Assembly (NCBI GenBank): GCA_963718565.1
Contig: OY970364.1
Location: forward strand, 1,568,001 to 1,632,000
Source: an uncultured Verrucomicrobiae bacterium
GTDB lineage: Bacteria > Chlamydiota > Chlamydiia > Chlamydiales > Rhabdochlamydiaceae
DNA: 64,000 nt
Direction of reading: 5' to 3'
Part shown: in pieces, positions 52,111 through 61,135 of the stretch
Position numbering within the stretch: position 1 is the first letter of the stretch
How the letters are laid out: the number at the start of each line of letters is the position of its first letter
The notes under the pieces: generated by a model
What the model was told of the DNA's origin: nothing
What the model saw: the letters and a program-made list of their open reading frames with translations, nothing else
Databases searched by the model: none
Translations under genes and position numbers: made by a program

Positions 52111-52274
52111 CCTGAGTTTTGGATTCATTTTATAGTAGATTGTCATAGGTTTCGAGGCAATTTTTGCAAATTTTGGCGCATTCAATAGCTGGAGGCACCT
52201 ATGGACGCGCCAAAATTTGCAAAAAGTGCCCAAAAGATACGGCAAAGTACTATGAAAGGAACCCAAAACTCAGG
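52111..52274. mobile_element. 164-bp palindromic MITE, copy 2
   Basis: Same length and termini as 30339..30502; 7-bp direct repeat TTAAAAA (52104-52110, 52275-52281). Confidence 0.85.
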
Positions 52275-53381
52275 TTAAAAAGTCGTCTTCAACCGAGATT
52301 CCTTTTCGTGACGCTCGAGAGCAAGCTCGATGAGCTTATCTAAAAGATTTGTGTAAGGAAGTCCGCTAGCCATCCAAAGTTTGGGATACATGCTGATCTT
52401 TGTAAAACCTGGAATCGTCTTGATCTCATTGATGATGATCTCCCCATTTTCTTTTAAAAAGAAATCGACGCGAGCCATCCCCTCGCAACACAAAGCACGG
52501 TATGCGTCAATCGCTAACTGTTGAAGCTTTTCAATCACTTCGCACGGCAGTTCAACTGGAGTTTTGTAATTTGCACCTTCTTGATCAAGGTATTTCGCTT
52601 CATAAGAATAAAACTCGTGATTTGGAATAATCTCTCCAGGTAAAGAAACAATAGGATCTTCATTTCCCAAAACAGAACAGACAATCTCTCTCCCAGAAAT
52701 AAATTCCTCAACTAAGACTTTTCGATCGTATTGAAAGGCCTCTGCGATTGCTGCTTCGAAATTTTCTTGATTCTTAACCTTTGAGATCCCCACTGATGAT
52801 CCCAGATTAGCCGGTTTTACAAAAAAGGGAAGCCCGAGCTCTTTAACAACATCCTCAAAACGGAATCGATTTTTCTGATGATCATGCAAAGTGATAAAAT
52901 TGGCGATAGGAATTTTGGCATCGCGTAAAAGACGTTTCATCACATCTTTGTCCATACCGACGGCAGAGCCGAGGACCCCTGCCCCAACAAAGGGAATATT
53001 GGCAAGTTTTAACAGTCCTTGCACCGTTCCATCCTCTCCATAAGTGCCATGTAAAACTGGGAAAATCACATCCAATTGAAGAGATCCTTGCAGCTGATTG
53101 CCAGAATAGCTCACGATTTCTTTCCGATCTTGTTTTGGAACCAGAGCCAAGCTTTCCTTGGCCTCATTTAACCGAACAAGTTTTGGATTGTCAGCATTCA
53201 TTAGATAAGCATACCCATCGCGCAAACGCCATTCTCCAGTTTTATCAATTCCAATTAAGAAAATATCGTATTTTTGGGGATCAAGGGCTTCGACCACATT
53301 TTTTGCAGAGATCAAAGAAACTTCATGTTCAGCAGATTTTCCACCAAAAAGAATGCCGAGTCGGATTTTTTTATTTTTCAT
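52275..53381 (-). CDS. ddl: D-alanine--D-alanine ligase
   Basis: GGKSAEHEVS, LHGTYGEDG, KPANLGSSVG, ARVDFF, PGFT..SMYP. Confidence 0.95.
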   Translation of the reverse strand: MKNKKIRLGILFGGKSAEHEVSLISAKNVVEALDPQKYDIFLIGIDKTGEWRLRDGYAYLMNADNPKLVRLNEAKESLALVPKQDRKEIVSYSGNQLQGSLQLDVIFPVLHGTYGEDGTVQGLLKLANIPFVGAGVLGSAVGMDKDVMKRLLRDAKIPIANFITLHDHQKNRFRFEDVVKELGLPFFVKPANLGSSVGISKVKNQENFEAAIAEAFQYDRKVLVEEFISGREIVCSVLGNEDPIVSLPGEIIPNHEFYSYEAKYLDQEGANYKTPVELPCEVIEKLQQLAIDAYRALCCEGMARVDFFLKENGEIIINEIKTIPGFTKISMYPKLWMASGLPYTNLLDKLIELALERHEKESRLKTTF

Positions 53382-53393
53382 TTTAGACCTTTA

Positions 53394-53460
53394 GAGGGAA
53401 TTGCGAAACTCTTCGCCACATAAAATCGTGCTTTTGGCACCTGTCGCCTTGGCGTCGGCT
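53394..53460 (+). repeat. Truncated GAGGGAATTGC-family element
   Basis: Matches the reverse complement of 44080..44148 and the fragment at 11282..11315. Confidence 0.75.
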
Positions 53461-53538
53461 CTCCTACTTATCCAAGATTGACTCTTTAGTTATAAACTGT
53501 CAAACTCGCTTTGTCCATTCCAAAAAATGGTTGTTTGA

Positions 53539-54615
53539 TTGCCCAAACTACATATCGCCAACACCTTCTTTGAATGGGAATTAGAAACTCAGCCAAAAAT
53601 AAGTGTGCGTGAGGCGTTTTTGCAACATGCGATTTTTCTGCAATTGCAATTCCTCCCTATTTTGTATGCGGATCCGAAGGATGCGCTTCTTTTTTCTGAC
53701 CTCCCAGATCGGGAATATTGGACCTTTTTAAATGCGCACCACATCTCCACGCCCTCCTATTTTACTCTCGAAGAAAAAAGCTTTGATTCAATCAATGAAG
53801 TCGAAAGTTGGGGACCTTCTCAATTAATTGCAGAATGGGCGGAATCACGCGGCATCCTCTATTCAATCCCTGACTGGAAGGTCGTCCGGGAGGTTAATTC
53901 AAAACGTTTCTCCTTTGAAAATAGTCAACAGCTACCGAGAGCGGCTTTGCTGACGGAAGAGTTGGAAACGGAATATTGGCTCCGCTCTTTTCCAGGAATG
54001 AAAGTCTTGAAGACATGTTTCGGTGTTTCAGGAAAAGGCCACTTGCTCGTCGAAGCATCCACACCATGGGAGCGCATCCGTCCATTTCTTTATGATGAAT
54101 GGAAAAAAAATCTTCCTGTCATTGCGGAACCTTGGGTAAATCGCGTCCTGGATTTCAGCACGCAATGGTTTATCGAAAAGAATCGCCAGGCCACTTATCT
54201 CGGATCCACGATTTGCCATAATGACCGTCTAGGGCAATATCAGTATAATGAAGTCGGTAAAGAAGAAGAATTATTCGGACAATATTTTTCCTATCTTTCT
54301 AAACATCGAGAGAAAATAGCATCTTTGCTGATGGCAATAGCGGCCAAAGGCTTTTTTGGCAACTTAGGAGTAGATACCATGTTGTATACGCTCCCTGAAG
54401 ACCCTGAAACGGTTCTTTTGCAACCCGTTGTCGAAATTAACGCGCGAAAAACAATGGGCTGGGCTGCGCTTGCTTTTCAACAGCAGTATTTCCCACAAAA
54501 CAACATTCGATTCAGTTACCTCAGCAGGCATGAAGGGTACCTCCCAAATTCTCTTGTCTTAAAGAACGGGAAAAGGGTAAGCTTCGCACGCAATTTAGGC
54601 ATCGCAAGCCAATAA
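53539..54615 (+). CDS. Hypothetical ATP-grasp-like protein
   Basis: 358 aa; VLKT.FG.SGKG, IAEPWV.R..DFS, G.LGVD, VEINAR motifs. Confidence 0.7.
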   Translation: MPKLHIANTFFEWELETQPKISVREAFLQHAIFLQLQFLPILYADPKDALLFSDLPDREYWTFLNAHHISTPSYFTLEEKSFDSINEVESWGPSQLIAEWAESRGILYSIPDWKVVREVNSKRFSFENSQQLPRAALLTEELETEYWLRSFPGMKVLKTCFGVSGKGHLLVEASTPWERIRPFLYDEWKKNLPVIAEPWVNRVLDFSTQWFIEKNRQATYLGSTICHNDRLGQYQYNEVGKEEELFGQYFSYLSKHREKIASLLMAIAAKGFFGNLGVDTMLYTLPEDPETVLLQPVVEINARKTMGWAALAFQQQYFPQNNIRFSYLSRHEGYLPNSLVLKNGKRVSFARNLGIASQ

Positions 54616-54768
54616 GCGTCGCGTCTCCGCTGCGCTAGCATCTTCACCTTTGCACCCAGCTGCATCGGCCATGTGCCTGCACATGGCCTGCTTCGCCGCC
54701 GGCGAAGCCTGATGCAAATCTGAAGCGCCAGCTTTGCGGAAACACGACGCTTATTGGCCTGCGATGCC
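54598..54768. mobile_element. 171-bp palindromic MITE with TTA duplication
   Basis: GGCATCGCA.GCCAATAAGCGTCG inverted termini; TTA on both flanks (54595-54597, 54769-54771); internal sub-hairpins. Confidence 0.8.
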
Positions 54769-54884
54769 TTAATGATTCAAGTTTACAATTAAATCTTATT
54801 CGCGATAAGAGTGAGATTGTTCTTCAAACACTTTTTCTAGACGCTTCAGAAGCTTAATGCGACAACAGCCTCTCAGGGACAATT

Positions 54885-56291
54885 ATGGACATTCTCAAAA
54901 TCAAAGGCGGCAAGCCGCTAGAAGGAAAAGTTAAGGCCGCCGGAGCAAAAAATGCCGTCACTAAACTCCTCGTCGCATCTCTTTTGTCAGATAGACGCTC
55001 TGTTTTCCATAATGTTCCCGATATCGCTGAAGTCGAGGTCACTGTTGCTCTTTGCCGCGAAATCGGATCCGAAATCCAGTGGGACCGGTCTGCAGGAATC
55101 CTGGAAATCATCACTAAAGAACTGAAGACCTCGTATGTTCCCCAGCGTTTTTCAGGTTCTAATCGTATTCCCATTTTAATGATTGGCGCTCTTTTGGGAC
55201 GCACAGATGAAGATATTATTGTTCCTACTGCTGGAGGATGCAAAATTGGAAAACGTCCTGTGGATTTTCATATCACAGCATTAGAAAAACTCGGGGCAAC
55301 CATTGAGTATCGCGAAATGAAAAAAGAGGGGGCTTATTTTGCTCGGGCCCATCAAGGAATGAAAGGTTCGGTCATCACATTGCCCTTCCCTTCGGTTGGT
55401 GCAACAGAAAATACGATCATGGCTGCTGTCCGTGCAAAGGGAACAACGGTCATAAAAAACGCGGCTACAGAACCCGAGATCGTCGATTTGATCCTTTTTC
55501 TGCAAAAACTCGGAGTCACAATTGGACTAGACGCCGATCGCACCATTCGTATCCAGCAGACAAATCAATTTCATGAAGTGGAACATCTGGTCATTACAGA
55601 TCGCATTGAAGCAGCCTCTTTGGGCCTTGCAGGCATTAGCACGAAAGGCAAAGTCTTTGTCGAAGGCGCCCAACATCCCCATATGATCACTTTTCTCAAT
55701 CGGCTCCGCGAGGTCAATGCAGGATTTGAAGTGAAAAAAGAGGGAATAGAATTTTTCTACAAAGGCCCATTGAGAGGTGGAGTCCATATCGAAACGGATG
55801 TCCATCCTGGTTTCATGACAGATTGGCAACAGCCCTTTGTCGTCTTATTGACGCAATCACAGGGGGCATCCGTCGTCCATGAAACTGTTTATGAGAACCG
55901 GTTTGGATATACAGACACTTTGCGTTTAATGGGGGCCGATATTGAAGCCTTTACACAATGCCTTGGCGGCAAAGAATGCCGCTTTGCTTCGCAAAATTTT
56001 TTACATAGCATTGTCATCAAAGGACCGACGCCTTTGCAGTCCAAAGACATTACCATCCCCGATTTGCGCGCCGGGTTCGCTTATGTCCTCGCTGCTTTGC
56101 TCGCCCCTGATGAGAGCAATATTAGCGGTGTTCACTATCTTGACAGAGGATATGAGAAGATCGATCAAAAGCTTTCCTCATTAGGTGCTGAGATCAAGAG
56201 AGAAAAAGCCCCTGAGTCCACCCTTAAACCTCTAGTGAAAGCTCTGGCTGCGGCTTCTGAAAGCAAAATGAAGAGGGAATTGCAAAACTAA
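54885..56291 (+). CDS. murA: UDP-N-acetylglucosamine 1-carboxyvinyltransferase
   Basis: GAKNA, GGCKIGKRPVDFH, SVGATEN, PGFMTDWQ, DLRAG, DRGYE. Confidence 0.97.
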   Translation: MDILKIKGGKPLEGKVKAAGAKNAVTKLLVASLLSDRRSVFHNVPDIAEVEVTVALCREIGSEIQWDRSAGILEIITKELKTSYVPQRFSGSNRIPILMIGALLGRTDEDIIVPTAGGCKIGKRPVDFHITALEKLGATIEYREMKKEGAYFARAHQGMKGSVITLPFPSVGATENTIMAAVRAKGTTVIKNAATEPEIVDLILFLQKLGVTIGLDADRTIRIQQTNQFHEVEHLVITDRIEAASLGLAGISTKGKVFVEGAQHPHMITFLNRLREVNAGFEVKKEGIEFFYKGPLRGGVHIETDVHPGFMTDWQQPFVVLLTQSQGASVVHETVYENRFGYTDTLRLMGADIEAFTQCLGGKECRFASQNFLHSIVIKGPTPLQSKDITIPDLRAGFAYVLAALLAPDESNISGVHYLDRGYEKIDQKLSSLGAEIKREKAPESTLKPLVKALAAASESKMKRELQN

Positions 56292-56344
56292 CAAAACGGG
56301 GTGATTTTCTGGGGGAAATTATTTAGCTAATCAGCTTAATCTCC

Positions 56345-57645
56345 CAGGGCCATTTAACTAAAATGTTTTGACATTTTCGAACAGAAAAATGTTGCCAAAA
56401 TTCCCTTTAAGTACCCACCACCGAAAGTTGCTGCGCGCCTTACGGAGGCGAGCCCCCTTTCTGGATCTACAACTGCAGCCATGTTCATAGCCAAACGTCG
56501 AAACAACCCCATGTTCTCCGCACTATTCCCTCTATCCGTCAATGCATAATCCTCTTCAAAAATCACATCAGCTACCCAATGGCATTTGTTTTCTATGCTC
56601 CAGTGCTGTCGGGTCCATTTAGCAAAATCTTTGGCAGATGCTCGACGACTCGAAATATATAGCCGTCTAAATACCTCATTGGCAGTAGATCCAAGTTTTT
56701 GCCTCGTGGACCTTACTTCGATGAGACAGACTAAGTTTTTCCATTTGCCCGCATTTGGCAACCAGTCCAGGTCCTCGACGACTCGTACTTCTCGAATGTC
56801 GATTCGACCATGGCCTTTATCTACTTCCTGGTGAAACGAATGGGGGACTTCCTCCCATTCGACTGCGTGAGCTTGATCAAAAAAATTCTCCATTTCAGCG
56901 CACAGCGTTGGCTGGTTGTCCTTAACAGCCAGCAGATAATCTGCCTTCGCATCAACGATTTGTTCTGCCGATTCGGCTACGGTGAAATGTGCATCTCCTG
57001 AAATAATCGCCCCCTCTACATTCACTTGCTCCAAAATGATTGGTAACGTGCTCTTTTCGACTGTTTTATTTGGGACCTTTTCCACGGCAAGACATAATCG
57101 ATCCTCCGCTGCGAATAGCTCCACTACGTGTGTGACACCGCCTAGGAAATTTGCGCCTTTCATCCGTTTACCATCGATCGCCAATAGCTGATCGCGCAAT
57201 GAAGCAGGAATTTTGCTGAACCATTTTTGCAAGTAGTGCTTGAGCGCACCAGGGGGTGTTTTCACTAAAAACCACCAGAGCGCTCCATGGGAAGGTGCTG
57301 AGAGCTCCTCACCTAGCAGAGAAGAAAACCACTCCTCCTGCAGAGAAACATATTCAGCGATTTCCTCAATCGTATTGCATCCACAAAAGAATCCGCAGAG
57401 AATAACAAGAGTCAAATACCAAACTGGATATAAGACACGTTTTTGATTACGTCGATAATCAGGGAAATCTGCAAACTCTCCCTTGACGGTTTCCGCGAAT
57501 ACACGGGCATCAAAATTCTTACTAGCTTCTAGGATTGTGGCGTCGATTGGCTTACGGCGTGACATAATAGGTCCTCCAAATTTGAGGAATTTATTATGCC
57601 ATCTTAGCTGATCTGGTATCAAAAATTTTTAGTTAAATGGCCCTG
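56345..57645 (-). mobile_element. ISAs1-family insertion sequence, intact
   Basis: Perfect 19-bp TIR CAGGGCCATTTAACTAAAA; 10-bp TSD CTTAATCTCC (56335-56344, 57646-57655). Confidence 0.95.
56354..57565 (-). CDS. ISAs1 (H-repeat) transposase
   Basis: AIDGK, GDA, DYLLAVKDNQPTL, DKGHGRID.R, RQHWSIENKCHW..DV.FEED; ATG 57565 behind GGAGG. Confidence 0.93.
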   Translation of the reverse strand: MSRRKPIDATILEASKNFDARVFAETVKGEFADFPDYRRNQKRVLYPVWYLTLVILCGFFCGCNTIEEIAEYVSLQEEWFSSLLGEELSAPSHGALWWFLVKTPPGALKHYLQKWFSKIPASLRDQLLAIDGKRMKGANFLGGVTHVVELFAAEDRLCLAVEKVPNKTVEKSTLPIILEQVNVEGAIISGDAHFTVAESAEQIVDAKADYLLAVKDNQPTLCAEMENFFDQAHAVEWEEVPHSFHQEVDKGHGRIDIREVRVVEDLDWLPNAGKWKNLVCLIEVRSTRQKLGSTANEVFRRLYISSRRASAKDFAKWTRQHWSIENKCHWVADVIFEEDYALTDRGNSAENMGLFRRLAMNMAAVVDPERGLASVRRAATFGGGYLKGILATFFCSKMSKHFS

Positions 57646-57784
57646 CTTAATCTCCCCCAGGAAATCACCCCGTTTTGTCAATCTCGCAATTCGCTCGAAA
57701 ATCTGAACTTATCCCTGACACGGCTCCTGAAAGATTGGCCTAATATTGAATCTGGCGCAAGGGTAGGCAGGACAGCGAAAAAAC

Positions 57785-57934
57785 CTAACTCAGTAAAACC
57801 TTGGCAATTTTCTGCGGTGTCCATCCCTCATCGTAGAGTATAATGGCCTTTATCCGATCGCGTATTCGCCCATCGTGCTCTTGCTTGTGTTGGATCTTGA
57901 GTTGTGTTCTTTCTTGATCGGTCAAAAAATGCAT
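57785..57934 (-). pseudogene. IS630-family transposase N-terminal HTH remnant
   Basis: Manual translation MHFLTDQERTQLKIQHKQEHDGRIRDRIKAIILYDEGWTPQKIAKVLLS*. Confidence 0.7.
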
Positions 57935-58017
57935 GCGCACATTATGCAGTCAAGCAAAATTTTTTGCATTCAAATTTTTCATCCACGAAGGGTATAGTTT
58001 TGCAATTCCCTCTGAAA

Positions 58018-58209
58018 TTATAAGATTTCCTCCTCTGTGACCTTTGTGCTCTCAAGCGAGCTTGCAAAGCGCGTGGTAAAATATTCTTTCTTTTTTCGAG
58101 TATTTGAGAAAAGCATACGGTAATTTTCCAGAAATTCGATAATTTGATCCGGTGTCGCTCCCTCGCAACGCTTGAGGTATTCTTTAGAAAAGTATTGAAT
58201 GCCTTTCAT
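58018..58209 (-). CDS. Small protein coupled to a nucleotidyltransferase (possible TA partner)
   Basis: 63 aa; ATGA overlap with the upstream gene. Confidence 0.55.
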   Translation of the reverse strand: MKGIQYFSKEYLKRCEGATPDQIIEFLENYRMLFSNTRKKKEYFTTRFASSLESTKVTEEEIL

Positions 58210-58667
58210 AGGGTTTTCAACGCCTTCACGTCTTCTAAATCTTGAGGTCGCCCTGATGCTTCTTTCATTTTTATCAGCTCATTTAATGATAAAATCCGGA
58301 TAGTTCCCAGAGCAGTTTCAATGTTCTTCGTATCATGAGCGCCTTTAAGGTCATAATTGATTAAGACGTCCACTTGATTAATGGGATTGGAAGGATCATA
58401 AAAATTCCAAGCGATTAAGTTGCGGTTTTGAATGTATTCATCTCTAAACTGGAACACAGTCTCTGCAGTGATGGGTATCAAAGAAACAAGCCCCATTCCT
58501 TTAAGGGCATTTTCCGCATTTTGAAGATTTTGTAGGGACCATTGAATGGCGATGTCAACATCGACAGTTCCTCTGACCACCCCATGCAAGGCCACCGCAT
58601 ATCCTCCTACAATGGCGTAAGAGACTTTAGCCTTCTCTAAAGCTGAACAGACACTCTGGATAAACAT
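58206..58667 (-). CDS. Nucleotidyltransferase-fold protein
   Basis: YAIVGGYAVALHG..RGTVDVDI and LIKMK..SGRPQD..D. Confidence 0.8.
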   Translation of the reverse strand: MFIQSVCSALEKAKVSYAIVGGYAVALHGVVRGTVDVDIAIQWSLQNLQNAENALKGMGLVSLIPITAETVFQFRDEYIQNRNLIAWNFYDPSNPINQVDVLINYDLKGAHDTKNIETALGTIRILSLNELIKMKEASGRPQDLEDVKALKTL

Positions 58668-58740
58668 ACTTTTTTATGAATTTCACGGCATACACCAATA
58701 TACACTACTATTCCGGTTTGTCAAGGTTGGAGCGTTTCTC

Positions 58741-58809
58741 GGGTGTAAATAAAAGTGTTGAGGCTAGGCATTGAAGTAATGCCTAGCCTCAACACTTTTA
58801 TTTACACCC
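58741..58809. repeat. 69-bp collapsed copy of the GGGTGTAAAT palindromic MITE
   Basis: Same arms as 51211..51357 with the interior deleted; perfect stem. Confidence 0.88.
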
Positions 58810-58884
58810 TCCATTCTCGAAGGTAGAACTAGATTTTAAAGTTCTTGTTTCTTATAATCTTCCTTTTTTAAAAAAGAGGACATC

Positions 58885-59751
58885 ATGTCAGCGATTAGTT
58901 TTAATAACACCAATGCGTATCATTTCCCATCACTATCTCTTGAAACGGTCTTCACAGTTTTTGGGTTTTTGGATTCACAAGCACTCCATACTGCTTCCCA
59001 TGTTTGTCGGTTTTGGAACCAGTTGGTCAATAATGAAAATTTTCCTATGATGGAATGGAATAAAAACAAATGTGAGGCGGGAAATGAAATCTTAAGGAGA
59101 GATTTAAAAAAAGCTGCAACAGACAATCGAAAGCCACTTTCAGAGGACGTGATTGCGGTTTTGGAGAAAACTTCCAATCCTTTCTCTGATAGAACAAGAA
59201 TAGTGGATTGTATTCTCAAAAATCATCAAAACAAGATTTTGGCTAATGCTGCATGGAAATCAGCAACCAGACAGCGGTGTCTTCCCCTTATCAGCGCATT
59301 GTTTCCCTTGACCAAAGGTACTTGCCATCCTGAGGAAGCGATTCGTTCAGCCATCCAGCGTGGCAATATAGATCTTGTAAAGAGCCTATTACCCCACCTG
59401 AATGAACAGCGTGCAAGAGAAAAGATCTGCATTAGAGTTCAATATCCGACTGAAGAAGGTGAATCTCTTTCTCTCCTTGGATGTATTGGAGTCGGCTCTG
59501 GCGATCTGAATTCATGGAAAAAGGGGTTTCCCATGAAAAAAGTTAGGGGCAGCAATAACCTTTGGGAAATTATATTAGTTCCTGTTGTTTATGGGAAAAC
59601 AACCTGTGAATACGATCCTCTTAAAGATAATATCCTTTTCCCATTCAAACCTGCCTTACACCTCACAAATGGTCAAGTTCGAACGTCAGAAGCTCTATAT
59701 CATATTAAACCCAGGACAGATATCTCAATTAAGCCAGAATTCCAAGTTTAA
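58885..59751 (+). CDS. F-box protein with ankyrin-like and CBM20-like segments, candidate effector
   Basis: SLSLETVFTVFGFLDSQALHTASHVCRFWNQL F-box; AIRSAIQRGNIDLVKSLL; C-terminal CBM20-like pattern; GAGGA RBS. Confidence 0.75.
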   Translation: MSAISFNNTNAYHFPSLSLETVFTVFGFLDSQALHTASHVCRFWNQLVNNENFPMMEWNKNKCEAGNEILRRDLKKAATDNRKPLSEDVIAVLEKTSNPFSDRTRIVDCILKNHQNKILANAAWKSATRQRCLPLISALFPLTKGTCHPEEAIRSAIQRGNIDLVKSLLPHLNEQRAREKICIRVQYPTEEGESLSLLGCIGVGSGDLNSWKKGFPMKKVRGSNNLWEIILVPVVYGKTTCEYDPLKDNILFPFKPALHLTNGQVRTSEALYHIKPRTDISIKPEFQV

Positions 59752-60722
59752 TGTTAAATGTTTCTTTGTGGAGGCAGATCCAACGGGATAATTTCACCGA
59801 TTGGAAAAAACTTCTCTCTTATTTAGATTTCGATATTAATAACGCTGAGCGGATTCTTCCTCATTCCTCGTTCCCTCTGAATTTGCCTAAAAGGCTTGCT
59901 GAGAAAATCGAAAAGGGAAATTGGAACGATCCGCTATTGCGCCAATTCCTTCCGACTGTTGAAGAGCTCGAACCCTCGCCTTTGTTCGTCTTGGATCCCG
60001 TTGAGGATCGAGCATTTCGCCCCAAGCCTAAGCTCCTTTACAAGTACCAGGGGCGAGCGTTGCTGATTTGCACGAGCGCTTGCGCCATGCACTGCCGGTA
60101 TTGCTTCCGCCGGCATTTTGATTATGAGACGAAAGATAAACTCTTTACTGAAGAACTTGCTGTGATCGCAAACGAGCCTTCCATCCGTGAGGTGCTCTTG
60201 AGTGGTGGGGATCCTCTTTCATTAAGTGATGCGCAACTTCAGTATCTTCTTAACGCACTTGAAAAAATTCCTCATCTTAAAAGAGTGCGTTTCCACACGC
60301 GTTTCCCAATGGGAATCCCAGAACGGATCGATGATGCTTTTATTCATCTGCTTGCATCTTGCAAAAAGCAAGTGATCTTTGTCATCCATTGCAATCATCC
60401 GCAAGAATTTGATGAAGACATTTTCCATCATTTGAAAAAGGTCCAACAACTCGGCATTCCCATTTTGACTCAATCTGTATTGCTAAGAGGAGTCAATGAT
60501 GATGTGCAGACATTAAAAAATCTTTTCGAAATAGTAGTCGATCACGGTATGATGCCTTATTATCTGCATCAGCTCGACCGTGTTCAGGGCGCTGCACATT
60601 TTGAGGTTTCTGAAGAGGAAGGGAAATCATTCATGCATCAATTGAATGCTCTTTTGCCTGGTTATGCGATTCCAAAATATGTCCGAGAAATTCCTAATCA
60701 ACCCAGTAAAACTCTGATTTAA
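59751..60722 (+). CDS. epmB: KamA-family radical SAM enzyme (EF-P lysine 2,3-aminomutase type)
   Basis: CAMHCRYCFRRHF, LSGGDPL, QSVLLRGVND, PYYLHQLDRVQGAAHF. Confidence 0.88.
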   Translation: MLNVSLWRQIQRDNFTDWKKLLSYLDFDINNAERILPHSSFPLNLPKRLAEKIEKGNWNDPLLRQFLPTVEELEPSPLFVLDPVEDRAFRPKPKLLYKYQGRALLICTSACAMHCRYCFRRHFDYETKDKLFTEELAVIANEPSIREVLLSGGDPLSLSDAQLQYLLNALEKIPHLKRVRFHTRFPMGIPERIDDAFIHLLASCKKQVIFVIHCNHPQEFDEDIFHHLKKVQQLGIPILTQSVLLRGVNDDVQTLKNLFEIVVDHGMMPYYLHQLDRVQGAAHFEVSEEEGKSFMHQLNALLPGYAIPKYVREIPNQPSKTLI

Positions 60723-61135
60723 GAGTCCGTCTGATGCTTCATCTTTTGATCTTATTTGGGTGCTTGTTCTCATCCCTTTTAGCCGATTGCAGTATAACAG
60801 TTCCCGATAAAGTGTTAATCTGCGGCGTTTGCAAAAATGTAGAAAAGGCGGTTCCAAATACGATTCGGACTTGGATTTTCTAGATCCTTGGGACATCAAA
60901 AATATTATCGATACCGCGGAATACCTTCCCAATCGAAAGCTTCTTCCGCCCGAATTTGGAATCCGTTTGCACAATAAAAATGGCTTAGGAAAAATCATCT
61001 GGTTTTCTTGTACGCCAAAACGCACTCTTCCTTGGGTCTGTGAACATGTTCCCTTTCATGTCTCTATGATTTTAAAAGGCCATGACAACATTTTCATCAA
61101 TCCGCGTTTAATCTCTAACCACCCTTAAAACCTGA

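Larger units (their letters stand above)
56273..57696. repeat. About 113-bp GAGGGAATTGC palindrome split by ISAs1
   Basis: Left arm GAGGGAATTGC..ACAAAACGGGGTGATTT.CTGGGGGA; right arm TCCCCCAGGAAATCACCCCGTTTTGT..GCAATTCGCTC. Confidence 0.85.

Noticed and set aside
60627..61128. ORFs between epmB and argS
   Set aside because: No recognisable motif, weak starts and conflicting frames; possibly a decayed gene, but not supportable
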